A program made the translations under genes and the position numbers. From positions 1 through 24,259 of the IMG/VR virus record IMGVR_UViG_3300017903_001297: DNA of 24,259 nt. One strand, given 5' to 3'. Of this stretch, positions 1 through 8,925 are shown piece by piece; the stretch's first letter is position 1, and each line of letters starts with the position of its first letter. Origin of the DNA: a virus (lineage: Duplodnaviria; Caudoviricetes). The notes below the pieces were generated by a model that did not search any database, was not told the DNA's origin, and saw only the letters and a program-made list of their open reading frames with translations.

Positions 1-1
1 A

Positions 2-1063
2 GAGTTTGTGAAGAATAAGACTGACGCATTGGACAAAGAAATCAACCGTCTGCACAACCAGCAGATGGCAATTAAGATTTTGATGAACTCTTTGTATGGT
101 GCATTGGGCAACCAATACTTTAAGTATTTTGATTTGCAAGTGGCAGAGTCGGTCACTCTGACGGGACAAATGGTTATCCGTTGGGCAGAGAAGTCTATCA
201 ACCACGAGATGAATAAACTTCTGAAGACTGATGGTGAAGACTATGTGATTGCGATTGATACAGACTCTTTGTACATCAACTTCGGTCCACTGGTCGAACA
301 ACTCAAACCCAAAGATCCTGTAAAGTTCTTGGATAAGATTTGTGCAGATCACTTTGAACCTATCCTGTCTAAAGCATATAAAGACCTGTACAGCAAACTG
401 AACTGTCACAAACCCCGTATGGAAATGGCAAGGGAAGTTATTGCAGACCGTGGTATCTGGACGGCAAAGAAACGATATATCCTGAACGTCCATAACTCAG
501 AAGGTGTTCAATATGATGAACCAAAACTGAAGATCATGGGCATTGAGGCAATCAAGTCATCTACACCAGAAGTCTGCCGTACACGTCTAAAGGAAGTCTT
601 TAAGATTATCATCTCTGGAACTGAGAGAGACACGCAGGACTATATCCGCAACTTCAAGCAAGAGTTCAAGTCTCTGCCACCAGAGCAGGTCGCATTCCCT
701 CGCTCAGTTTCTAACATTACTAACTGGATGGACAAGGCACTTACCTACAAGAAGGGAACACCTATCCATGTGCGGGGGTCTCTGCTTTACAACAAGCATC
801 TAAAAGAAAACCGACTATCCAAGAAATATGAGTTGATCCAGAACGGGTCACGCATTAAGTTCTGTTACCTGAAGGTGCCAAACCACATCAAAGAAAATGT
901 TGTGGCATTCCCTGACCATCTTCCTGAAGAATTAAGATTGCATCGTTATATCGATTACGATTTACAGTTCGAGAAAACATTCATCGAACCACTAAAACTA
1001 ATTCTAGACTCAGTCGGTTGGTCGGTTGAGGAAAGAGCAACACTAGAGGACTTTTTTATATGA
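2..1063 (+). CDS. gp43: Family B DNA polymerase (T4 gp43-like), C-terminal part; frame is open to the window edge
   Basis: KILMNSLYG (motif B), IDTDS (motif C), KKRY, KIMGIE, KGTPIHVRG; C-terminal TLEDFF clamp-binding-type tail. Confidence 0.97.
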   Translation, partial: EFVKNKTDALDKEINRLHNQQMAIKILMNSLYGALGNQYFKYFDLQVAESVTLTGQMVIRWAEKSINHEMNKLLKTDGEDYVIAIDTDSLYINFGPLVEQLKPKDPVKFLDKICADHFEPILSKAYKDLYSKLNCHKPRMEMAREVIADRGIWTAKKRYILNVHNSEGVQYDEPKLKIMGIEAIKSSTPEVCRTRLKEVFKIIISGTERDTQDYIRNFKQEFKSLPPEQVAFPRSVSNITNWMDKALTYKKGTPIHVRGSLLYNKHLKENRLSKKYELIQNGSRIKFCYLKVPNHIKENVVAFPDHLPEELRLHRYIDYDLQFEKTFIEPLKLILDSVGWSVEERATLEDFFI

Positions 1064-1449
1064 GTATTACCCTAACCAACAATGATAAAGTTAAGAAGTT
1101 CATGGAAACATACGGACAAGAGGTCAAGCACCGTCCAGAGTTTCCTGATGCAGACACCTGTAACTTGCGTCTAGAACTGATCGCAGAAGAACTCAACGAG
1201 TTGTATGATGCTATTAGTGACAAAGACATCATTGCGGTTGCTGATGCCCTCACAGACATTCTATATGTCACCTATGGTGCAGGACATGCGTTTGGTGTTG
1301 ACCTGGATGCTTGCTTTGATGAAGTGCAGCGTTCCAATATGTCAAAACTAGGGGAAGATGGCAAACCAATCTACCGAGATGATGGTAAAGTTCTTAAAGG
1401 ACCGAACTACTCCGAACCAGACCTAGAACGAGTGCTAGGAATGAACTAA
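1060..1449 (+). CDS. MazG-like / PRA-PH family NTP pyrophosphohydrolase
   Basis: LIAEELNEL, VADALTDILYV, EVQRSNMSK, DGKVLKGPNY; ATGA overlap with gp43. Confidence 0.9.
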   Translation: MSITLTNNDKVKKFMETYGQEVKHRPEFPDADTCNLRLELIAEELNELYDAISDKDIIAVADALTDILYVTYGAGHAFGVDLDACFDEVQRSNMSKLGEDGKPIYRDDGKVLKGPNYSEPDLERVLGMN

Positions 1450-1450
1450 T

Positions 1451-1480
1451 AAAAAAAGCGCCTAACGGCGCTTTTCTTTT
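1451..1480. terminator. Bidirectional intrinsic terminator
   Basis: A7-GCGCC-taac-GGCGC-TTTTCTTTT between convergent genes. Confidence 0.8.
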
Positions 1481-1650
1481 TGCTGGTGTTCACGCTCTTG
1501 TTTCTTTCGAATCTGAGTGTGATAATACTTGAGACCTTCCTGTCGTCGTTTCTCGACTTCCTGGGGATGGTACGCTTTCGCTATATAATCAAAACCGTAA
1601 AACTTACCCCATTCGCCAAGCACTTCAGGGTGGTGTCGTCGCATTGTCAT
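1462..1650 (-). CDS. Small basic hypothetical protein (62 aa, MTMRRHHPEV...)
   Basis: ATG at 1650 with AAGG upstream; fills the gap to the terminator. The longer ORF-track version overlaps the spanin gene. Confidence 0.6.
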   Translation of the reverse strand: MTMRRHHPEVLGEWGKFYGFDYIAKAYHPQEVEKRRQEGLKYYHTQIRKKQEREHQQKEKRR

Positions 1651-1676
1651 AAGTAACCTTAATGTTGTTTGCCGCC

Positions 1677-1684
1677 TATAAATA
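1677..1684 (+). promoter_or_regulatory. T4-type late promoter
   Basis: Exact TATAAATA about 40 nt upstream of the spanin start, which has a GAGG RBS. Confidence 0.85.
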
Positions 1685-1721
1685 CTAAACCATATTACAT
1701 TAATTGTAAAGAGGTAAGTAT

Positions 1722-2177
1722 ATGAGATTATTTGGTATTTTACTTCTGATGCTGTTGCCAATGGCAGGTGGTGCGGGTTGGTATGTCCTAAACCTGCAAC
1801 GTGCCTTGGAAGTATCACGAGCAAACGAAGCAAAGTTAGAGCAAGCAGTGGCAACCAATGAAGCTGCCATTGAATCGATGCGTAGAGATTATGCCTTACA
1901 GGCAGAACAACTACAGGCAGTCAACAATGAGTTTGCTGCTATCAGAGAACAGAACCAAAACCTGATTGGTAAACTGGAACGTCACGACATTGGTCTATTG
2001 GGCGAACAGAAACCTGGTCTTGTGGTGCGTATCATAAATAGAGCAACCGACAAGGCGAACAGATGTTTTGAGATTTTGAGCGGTGCAGAGTTAACCGAAA
2101 AGGAATTGGAGGCAGAGAATGGGAACCAATTTAACAGCGAATGCCCTTGGTTGTTCACTCCTTCTACTTCTGAGTAG
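1722..2177 (+). CDS. Inner-membrane spanin (Rz / pseT.3-like)
   Basis: N-terminal TM segment, long coiled coil, late promoter, overlaps a lipoprotein gene. Confidence 0.8.
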   Translation: MRLFGILLLMLLPMAGGAGWYVLNLQRALEVSRANEAKLEQAVATNEAAIESMRRDYALQAEQLQAVNNEFAAIREQNQNLIGKLERHDIGLLGEQKPGLVVRIINRATDKANRCFEILSGAELTEKELEAENGNQFNSECPWLFTPSTSE

Positions 2178-2523
2178 CGGTTGTGCTTTCTTCAAGAATC
2201 CCTTTGAAGACATCAAACAGATTGAAGTGACGGCAGAACCTATTCAGAGAGCGCCTCTGGTCTTACCAGAGATTGACACTGTAGTCATGAAGGAGGTTGA
2301 GTGGGTCATTGTCACCCAAGACAACTGGGAAGAGGTTCTGGCGGAGACTGAAGAAGCGGGTAAACCACTAGCATTCTTTGCATTGACAGATGATGGATAT
2401 GCTAATATTTCTATCAACTATCAGAACGCTAGACAGATTATCCAACAGCAGCAAGCAATCATTGCTGCCTATGAAGCATACTATGTTGAATATGACCAAA
2501 ATGATGAGGAAACTACAGAATGA
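2119..2523 (+). CDS. Outer-membrane spanin lipoprotein (Rz1 / pseT.2-like)
   Basis: LLLLLSSG-C lipobox, Pro-containing linker, FALTDDGY then helix; 59-nt overlap with the i-spanin. Confidence 0.8.
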   Translation: MGTNLTANALGCSLLLLLSSGCAFFKNPFEDIKQIEVTAEPIQRAPLVLPEIDTVVMKEVEWVIVTQDNWEEVLAETEEAGKPLAFFALTDDGYANISINYQNARQIIQQQQAIIAAYEAYYVEYDQNDEETTE

Positions 2524-2864
2524 TCGCAGGTAAAGTATGGGGCGAAACTCAACTATTAGAAGCAAATGGTGCTTTAGAGTTTCACCGAATTGAGACTGTC
2601 AAAGGTGGAGTTTGTTCTAAGCACAAGCATGAATTCAAGTGGAACGGATTCTATGTTGAGAGAGGTTCGCTTCTCATTCGTGTTTGGCAGAATGATTATG
2701 ATTTGATCGATGAGACCGTGTTACATGCCGGTGATTGGACAAAGGTAAAACCAGGTGTCTATCACCAGTTTGAGTGCCTAGAAGATGCAGTAGCATTCGA
2801 AGTATATTGGGCAGAGTTCAACCACAACGATATTGTTCGAGAAACAGTAGGATACGCTGGATGA
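2520..2864 (+). CDS. Cupin-domain protein (sugar isomerase-like)
   Basis: KVWG, SKHKHEFKWNGFYVERG, PGVYHQF cupin motifs. Confidence 0.8.
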   Translation: MIAGKVWGETQLLEANGALEFHRIETVKGGVCSKHKHEFKWNGFYVERGSLLIRVWQNDYDLIDETVLHAGDWTKVKPGVYHQFECLEDAVAFEVYWAEFNHNDIVRETVGYAG

Positions 2865-3745
2865 GAATAATCGCAGGTCCGTGTCAACATGAGACTACGG
2901 AGCAAAGTCTAGAAATTGCAAAAGAGTGTAAACGAGTGTGCGATAAGCATGGCATCGATTACTTCTTTAAAGCATCTTATGACAAGGCAAATAGAACTAG
3001 TCTTGAGTCTAAGCGTGGTACAGGGTTGAATGTAACTCTGCATGCGTTCAGGGACATGAAGCATGAATTGCCAGGTCTAAAGATACTCACTGATGTCCAC
3101 TCTGTCGAAGAGGCAAAGGTCATTCAGTGGCACTATACAGACGTGTTAGACGCAATTCAGATTCCGGCATTCTTGTGTCGGCAGACTGATTTGCTACGGG
3201 CAGCATGCGAGACTGGTCTTATCGTAAATGTAAAGAAAGGTCAGTTCTTGTCACCGTGGGACGTTGCACCCATTCTCAAGAAATGCCATGATGCCAAAGA
3301 ACTTTGGATCACAGAAAGAGGTACAAGTTTTGGGTACAATACTTTGGTTAATGATTTTTGCGGGATGCAGCACTTGCTTGATTCCCTTGGGGAAGATTTT
3401 ATCTATGACGTTACCCACTCAGTCCAAAAACCTGGGTCTAACGGTAACTCTAGTGGGGGTGATCGTAACTTGGTGCCTGGTCTGGCTCGCGCTGGCGCTG
3501 CGCTCGGCATCAGCAGCTTCTTTCTAGAGGTACACCCCAACCCCGTCTCTGCACCTAGTGACGGCGCAAACTCGCTCTATCTGAGAGACTTTGAAAAGGT
3601 CATCGACGACATCGTAAAGTATAGTTACTCACCAACCGAAGATGCTGGTAAGGTAACTGAAACCTTAGATGTTTTCGAAATGACAGATGCAGAGTTTGCT
3701 GCTTATCACGGGGATGAGACTACGGAACAACCGTCAGATCTTTAA
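2861..3745 (+). CDS. kdsA: 3-deoxy-D-manno-octulosonate 8-phosphate synthase
   Basis: IIAGPC, KASYDKANRTS, QIPAFLCRQTDL, KKGQF, ERG, DVTHSVQ, EVHP..A.SDG; start moved to ATG 2861 (ATGA overlap). Confidence 0.95.
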   Translation: MRIIAGPCQHETTEQSLEIAKECKRVCDKHGIDYFFKASYDKANRTSLESKRGTGLNVTLHAFRDMKHELPGLKILTDVHSVEEAKVIQWHYTDVLDAIQIPAFLCRQTDLLRAACETGLIVNVKKGQFLSPWDVAPILKKCHDAKELWITERGTSFGYNTLVNDFCGMQHLLDSLGEDFIYDVTHSVQKPGSNGNSSGGDRNLVPGLARAGAALGISSFFLEVHPNPVSAPSDGANSLYLRDFEKVIDDIVKYSYSPTEDAGKVTETLDVFEMTDAEFAAYHGDETTEQPSDL

Positions 3746-4157
3746 CTCTGTGTGGTTGTTCAATGATCCATTCAATGACGCTGACACAGTAATCAACAGA
3801 CATCTTTTCTGCTTTTACTTCAGCAACCCTCGGAGTGTCGATATAACCGAAACGTAAAATGGTTGTGTCGACACCCTGATAAAACAGTTGCTCGTTTGCC
3901 TTATCCAACGCAAACTTTTCTACCTGATACCGATGTGCGTATGACTTACTCTGATCAGGACTGTTGGAACCGATATTGATAATCTTAATATCTCTTTCCA
4001 GTGATGCAGCATAGTACAATAGATCTACTTGCTGAAAAGCATCGTGTTTACAATTTATAAATACATCACAGAGTTCAAGATGGACACAGTTTCCGTATTT
4101 CTTTGCTAACGCATGACCGAGACCACGGCGCGTTCCAGTGATATGGAATTGTTTCAT
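3720..4157 (-). CDS. Minimal short-chain dehydrogenase/reductase-like protein
   Basis: ITGTRRGLG, IINIGS, YxxxK (YQVEK), GYIDT; GAGGT RBS. Confidence 0.8.
   Translation of the reverse strand: MKQFHITGTRRGLGHALAKKYGNCVHLELCDVFINCKHDAFQQVDLLYYAASLERDIKIINIGSNSPDQSKSYAHRYQVEKFALDKANEQLFYQGVDTTILRFGYIDTPRVAEVKAEKMSVDYCVSVIEWIIEQPHRVKDLTVVP
4056..4063 (+). promoter_or_regulatory. Candidate late promoter inside the antisense SDR gene
   Basis: Exact TATAAATA 120 nt upstream of the + strand ORF at 4184. Confidence 0.55.
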
Positions 4158-4183
4158 TTCACCTCACAGTAAGGAATATAGTA

Positions 4184-4462
4184 ATGGTGTATAGAGTAAA
4201 AACTAGAAAAGAGTTTAACGCTGTTCCTAGTAGCACTACAATATTTAGTAGTGGCACAACTCACGACAAATGGACTGAGTTAAACGACGCAGGTAAAATT
4301 GTTTCTTATTCAATGTCTGAGATTAGTGACACAGTCTACGAAGAAACTATGGACTTTGATAGTTACGAGTCATTCATTGAATTCTCGGATGCCTTTAAAA
4401 GCGAGCATGATGAATCTACTGCAACTTACACAATTACTGTTCTATCAAGGGAAACTGTGTAA
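4184..4462 (+). CDS. Hypothetical acidic Ser/Thr-rich protein (92 aa), probably late
   Basis: AAGGA RBS; occupies an otherwise empty gap; upstream TATAAATA. Confidence 0.7.
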   Translation: MVYRVKTRKEFNAVPSSTTIFSSGTTHDKWTELNDAGKIVSYSMSEISDTVYEETMDFDSYESFIEFSDAFKSEHDESTATYTITVLSRETV

Positions 4463-4997
4463 GACCTGAGAAGTCAGTCCATGCCACATTCTGCCAGCAA
4501 GGACTTTTCTCTGTTATATCTCCACACACCAAGAATTTACTGGTTTGGTAATGCCATTCCCTATCGGTAAATTTCCCTGCGTCTGATGCGAACCTTTTCA
4601 TGAATCGATAAGAGTTCAGTTCTCTACTAATAAACGCAAAGTCGTAATCGTTCTCTATGAACTCTATCTGACTGTTTAGCATGGTCAGAGTTGTTTGAGG
4701 TATCTTAGCACTTGGCACTTTGTCTCTAAGTTCGGGGACAACCATCAAACGATTGAGAACACGACACCCACCGAGAAAGATGTCTCGTGTGATTATAGTG
4801 CTTGCTTCAAACGGAATATCGTTCTTGTAGATAATACTAACGAATAATGTCTCGTCAGTGTAAAACCTTTCTGGCGTGTAGTTCGCAGAAAGTGCGTCAC
4901 CAGTGTTCTGAGATTGAAGAATGTAATCAACGTCGTCTTTGATCTGCCACAGATCTTTCATAGCAGCGTTTTTATACAAGAATGTCAACGGCATCAT
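4434..4997 (-). CDS. Hypothetical protein, possibly GNAT-like acyltransferase fold; start uncertain (4997, 4994 or 4961)
   Basis: RVLNRLMVVPELR resembles GNAT beta4/motif A, followed by FAFISRE. Confidence 0.5.
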   Translation of the reverse strand: MMPLTFLYKNAAMKDLWQIKDDVDYILQSQNTGDALSANYTPERFYTDETLFVSIIYKNDIPFEASTIITRDIFLGGCRVLNRLMVVPELRDKVPSAKIPQTTLTMLNSQIEFIENDYDFAFISRELNSYRFMKRFASDAGKFTDREWHYQTSKFLVCGDITEKSPCWQNVAWTDFSGLTQFPLIEQ

Positions 4998-5619
4998 CCC
5001 AAGGGACAAAATACTTGAAGTCCCAATTAGCAATTACTCTTCTTTTACCACTGTTGTTTTTTACACTGTGCCACCTATCTAACCGCATAAGACTGCACTG
5101 TCCGTCATACAGAGATGTCTCTTGAATAATTTCAACATTACACTCATCAGTTCGACTGAGATACCCCATATCAACAGCGGTTCCTTTTGTCATTTTATAC
5201 CAAGTTGTGACACTTTGTTCGTTGCAGTTTAAAAGAGGGAAGTTGAGAGTAGCATTAGTATTGTTTACAGCAATTGCATTTTCCACTCTGTGTAAATGAA
5301 CGCTGTACTTATCTAAGTATTCAGCGCCATAATCCCTATCGTCCCCAACCGCCTCTGAGATTTTTAAATTGGGATCAGTCTCGTAAAAAATTATTCGTTG
5401 TGATAACCAGGGGATTGTCTCAGATAATTTCCCGATTGCCTTACAGTTGTTTTGTAAGAAATACTCTAGTTGGACAATAAACCCACAGTAGTTTAATGAC
5501 CTCACAAATTTAGATTCCGTATTCAATCCTTTGGTCAAATACTCATTATTCAATTCAACGAACACGTCAGAAAGTAGTTCGGTGTCAAGGGGATGGATGT
5601 TAGTTGCTTGGATAGACAT
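4972..5619 (-). CDS. Double-stranded beta-helix (Fe/2OG oxygenase-like) protein
   Basis: VHLHRVE, LNFPL, WHSVKN...RRVIANW; the proximal HxD is not canonical. Confidence 0.55.
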   Translation of the reverse strand: MSIQATNIHPLDTELLSDVFVELNNEYLTKGLNTESKFVRSLNYCGFIVQLEYFLQNNCKAIGKLSETIPWLSQRIIFYETDPNLKISEAVGDDRDYGAEYLDKYSVHLHRVENAIAVNNTNATLNFPLLNCNEQSVTTWYKMTKGTAVDMGYLSRTDECNVEIIQETSLYDGQCSLMRLDRWHSVKNNSGKRRVIANWDFKYFVPWDDAVDILV

Positions 5620-6349
5620 TCAACTGATCCACCATTTCCATCAGAGTCTTTCTGAAGTGACGGTTATGCATTCCCTGGATACGCAGATTGTATCGGGTCT
5701 CATTGCTACGATTCACAGTTCCATGAGATTTGCTTTGATTACAGAAGAACACACTACCTTTCTGATAGGGCAATTCTACATCATCGTGCCAAGCAGTAAC
5801 ACCTTCGGGGAAGTTTAGTTCCACCAAGAAACTGTTCAGCATGTTATATGTGTTGCGAGTGTTCTTGTAATCGAAATCTTCTTTAGGGATGTCTGTGTGA
5901 ACAGGCACATCACCACCAGGACCAAGTTTGGCAATCTTAACGTAACTGAACTGCATGTACTGACCAATTTGGTCTTTGATCCATGCGACAGTCTTAGGCA
6001 TCATAGGTTCCAATTGGGTCCACTTATGATTCTGAAGATTGCGCTTACTCTGAACGTATGTCTCTTTGTTGTGGTTTGAGAGAATACCCTGAGTGAGAAT
6101 GTCTTTGTAGTCGCCAGTGCTACTGAACAGAGTGACAGCACCCCATTCCTTCTGATCTTCAAAATGCTCACCGATACCGGTGGCACCTTTTTCTTTCATA
6201 ATGGCATACTGCTCTGGGTCACGTTCACCCAAGAACATATCTTCTACCTGCTGAATTTCTTCCATGATGTCATCAACAGGACAAGGGGTGAACAACGGCG
6301 TGATGTCCACCCAACTCTTACTGGTTGTGAAATCAAGGTAGTTGGACAT
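5600..6349 (-). CDS. Aspartyl/asparaginyl beta-hydroxylase family Fe/2OG oxygenase
   Basis: KLGPGGDVPVHTD, HGTVNRSNETRYNL. Confidence 0.85.
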   Translation of the reverse strand: MSNYLDFTTSKSWVDITPLFTPCPVDDIMEEIQQVEDMFLGERDPEQYAIMKEKGATGIGEHFEDQKEWGAVTLFSSTGDYKDILTQGILSNHNKETYVQSKRNLQNHKWTQLEPMMPKTVAWIKDQIGQYMQFSYVKIAKLGPGGDVPVHTDIPKEDFDYKNTRNTYNMLNSFLVELNFPEGVTAWHDDVELPYQKGSVFFCNQSKSHGTVNRSNETRYNLRIQGMHNRHFRKTLMEMVDQLNVYPSN

Positions 6350-6890
6350 TGAGTTTGTCTTTCAACTCGCCACTGAAAAGATCTTCCCAAAACGGCAACT
6401 CGAACATTGCCATCGGTCCATACACTTCACCAGCACGTTTCCAAATTGCTTTGTCGATTGCTTTGATCTTCAGATGATTGTCCGTGATGACTTCATCATG
6501 AAAACCAATATGCTTACGCTCATCGTCCAAGATTGCTTTGGTGATTTTCTTATAGTAATCATCCTTGCCGTGTTTCATGTAGTTCTTGTAAAGGAACAAG
6601 GCACGGCGTTCTACAATCCACGACAATGCGCTGAACGTGTCTTCATTGATTTCCCATCCACCAATGTTGGCATAGATACCCTGCTCAATAGAGAAAGACG
6701 TATCGTGAGAGATAGCATCATCAATAGTTTTGTTCAGTGCGCCGAGACACATCTTTGTGTGTTTCTTCTCGTCTGCAAGTTGCTCTAGGATTTCTTCATC
6801 ATCAGACTCAGAGAAGTTTTTGTCCATGTACTCGAACAACCACTTCTCCGAGATATAGGCAAAAGTCATGTAATAATCGTCAGGTCTCAT
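6333..6890 (-). CDS. Ferritin-like di-iron protein
   Basis: Repeated E...DExxH pattern: SE, DEKKH, VE, DERKH. Confidence 0.8.
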   Translation of the reverse strand: MRPDDYYMTFAYISEKWLFEYMDKNFSESDDEEILEQLADEKKHTKMCLGALNKTIDDAISHDTSFSIEQGIYANIGGWEINEDTFSALSWIVERRALFLYKNYMKHGKDDYYKKITKAILDDERKHIGFHDEVITDNHLKIKAIDKAIWKRAGEVYGPMAMFELPFWEDLFSGELKDKLNVQLP

Positions 6891-7711
6891 TTCTCTACCT
6901 TCCGTGGTCCATCCTGAGATGCATACTGGAGACTTTCTGGTTTACCCAACAACTTAATCAACCACGCACCAATGTCGATCTGGTCTTTGTTCCAACCAAA
7001 CTCGAAACTCCATGGTTTTGCGTGATGGTTGTTGTGCCAACCCTCGCCCCACATGTAGGTTCCCATAAACTTTGTGTTCTTGCTGCTGTCAACTTCGGTT
7101 TCTTTATGACCCCAAATGTGTGCGCCAACAGTGATCCAACTAATAGTATGTAGAGTAAACATTGTGCTTACGATGAACCCATAGAGAAACAGGTCAATGT
7201 TGATGATTGCAAGCAGCGCCATCCAACCAAACAAGACATGGAAGTAGTAGCGGTGGAACCATTTGTGCATAGGGTCTGAGAATAAATCTTTTACATATTT
7301 CTTCTCGACCGTGTGACTTGGCCAGTAGTTGAACCAATACTTGATGCGAGTCCAAGTGTCTTTACCCTCAATGCCATGAGGATCTTTATCCGTGTCACTG
7401 AAGGCATGGTGCATACGGTGTGTGCCTGTCCAGGTGATACTACTACCGACAACACTAATCACCGCAAAGAAGTGAATCAACGCTTCAATGAATTTGTTCT
7501 TAGGCACCCAACTTCTATGTGAGAACGCACGGTGTAGTCCAAGACTCACACCCATATGCCCCGCAAACCAATACCATGCCCATGCTAGGAACAGGTACAG
7601 CGGGTTGAAGTTAAAGATGATCACCAGAGGACCACCGATGTAGCACAATGCTTGTAATGCTTTAACTCTGAAGTTCCATGATAGGTTCAGGAAGTTCCAA
7701 GATATTCTCAT
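6887..7711 (-). CDS. Membrane fatty-acid (delta-9-type) desaturase
   Basis: His boxes HRAFSH, HRMHH, GEGWHNNHH; SDTDKDPH; TM segments. Confidence 0.93.
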   Translation of the reverse strand: MRISWNFLNLSWNFRVKALQALCYIGGPLVIIFNFNPLYLFLAWAWYWFAGHMGVSLGLHRAFSHRSWVPKNKFIEALIHFFAVISVVGSSITWTGTHRMHHAFSDTDKDPHGIEGKDTWTRIKYWFNYWPSHTVEKKYVKDLFSDPMHKWFHRYYFHVLFGWMALLAIINIDLFLYGFIVSTMFTLHTISWITVGAHIWGHKETEVDSSKNTKFMGTYMWGEGWHNNHHAKPWSFEFGWNKDQIDIGAWLIKLLGKPESLQYASQDGPRKVEK

Positions 7712-8350
7712 CTAATCCTCGTAAATCCGAATGTCAAAAACGCTTCTATTGCCGTAATAAAATTCGCAATCAATTTTGTGTTCACTCACCGACCGGTAAC
7801 AATTCTTATAACCCAGAAGGTCCGAGTAAACGTAGTTTACTTTTATTCTATCATCAGTATTTGGTTGATCGTTTCTCAAGTCTTGTACTATCGCACCGTC
7901 TGCATCATAGAGGTCTACGACCAACGTCTGAAACAATTCCCAATGTGTCTTTGGTACATAGCAAAGTACACCAGAGAATAGAACGCAATCAACTTCAAAG
8001 TCAACCGAGATGGAGTCGTGATCGTTCCAACTGGCAACTCTATATTCTATGTTATCGTGAGATTTCCATTTATCCTGCGCCCATTCGATGGGTTCAGGTG
8101 ATGTGTCAAATCCCATGAAATTATAATCTTTATATTCTCGTTCTTGGAGGATGTCATTTATTCGCCCGACCCTACACCCAACGTCAATGATACCTTTGTA
8201 TCCTCTCGACATAATGATGTCTGCTTGTTTGGCAAAGAGGGGATGCGCTTCTTCAGAATCGAGATAACTAAACGCACCAAACGAATATATCTCTTTGTAT
8301 GGACTCCAGTTAGTTTTGTTCTCAGGAACTACTGGTCTAAGCACGAACAC
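7712..8350 (-). CDS. Class I SAM-dependent methyltransferase
   Basis: IIDVGCRVG, GFDTS, DCVLFSGVLCY. Confidence 0.85.
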   Translation of the reverse strand: MFVLRPVVPENKTNWSPYKEIYSFGAFSYLDSEEAHPLFAKQADIIMSRGYKGIIDVGCRVGRINDILQEREYKDYNFMGFDTSPEPIEWAQDKWKSHDNIEYRVASWNDHDSISVDFEVDCVLFSGVLCYVPKTHWELFQTLVVDLYDADGAIVQDLRNDQPNTDDRIKVNYVYSDLLGYKNCYRSVSEHKIDCEFYYGNRSVFDIRIYED

Positions 8351-8834
8351 ATCCTACAATATGAATTCTGTCCACGTCCGACGTGTTAACAAAGGTGTGG
8401 TGTCTTCTTGTGTCCACCCAATGCACTCGACCGTCCGCTGGCATTCTAACTACATCATTTTCGATAACCATGAAGTTGGTTTCGTGATTACTTATAATCG
8501 GAATGTGCTTCCGTGGTGTGTAATCATAGTGCCAACTATAGACTGATTTCGATCTAATCATGATGCGAGACCGATACATTTTATGCTCGTCTAGAATCTC
8601 ATAGATGGTTGGACAGAGATCTTCCCACAGTTTCCATGTAAACATTTCTTCTGGTTCTTCATAGTCAGTGATCCGACCAGTACCATAAAGATAATCTTTT
8701 CCAGGAATACCTTGGAGCATGATTTGACCTTCATGTCCTTTGGCATTCTCACAGATGTCTAACACTTCGTTTTGAAGGGTTACAATGTCATACTTTTCGG
8801 GAAACACTACATGTTTCAAATCAGATAAAATCAT
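8337..8834 (-). CDS. Asp/Asn beta-hydroxylase-like Fe/2OG oxygenase (short)
   Basis: YRSRIM, YSWHYD, RKHIPI, HTFVN...DRIHIVG. Confidence 0.85.
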   Translation of the reverse strand: MILSDLKHVVFPEKYDIVTLQNEVLDICENAKGHEGQIMLQGIPGKDYLYGTGRITDYEEPEEMFTWKLWEDLCPTIYEILDEHKMYRSRIMIRSKSVYSWHYDYTPRKHIPIISNHETNFMVIENDVVRMPADGRVHWVDTRRHHTFVNTSDVDRIHIVGCVRA

Positions 8835-8859
8835 TTAAAAAATACCCCAGAAATAAGTT

Positions 8860-8923
8860 GAGACGCTAACCGAAGGCGTCTCGCGGGACTATAAGGCGTC
8901 CATCCCTACTACACTGGCAGTGT
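8860..8923 (-). other. Structured intergenic element (tandem hairpins)
   Basis: GAGACGC/GCGTCTC stem (8860-8882), GGAC/GTCC stem, ACACT/AGTGT stem; GACGCCTT twice on the minus strand. Confidence 0.5.
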
Positions 8924-8925
8924 TC

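Noticed and set aside
8-1063. Split polymerase gene starting at position 8
   Set aside because: Frame is open to the window edge; simple truncation explains it
2774-2860. N-terminal extension of KdsA; DAHP synthase identity
   Set aside because: Extension overlaps the cupin gene; KANRTS motif indicates KDO8P synthase rather than KPRT/S of DAHP synthase
5274-8546. Numerous + strand ORFs of 60-148 aa
   Set aside because: Shadows of well-supported minus-strand genes
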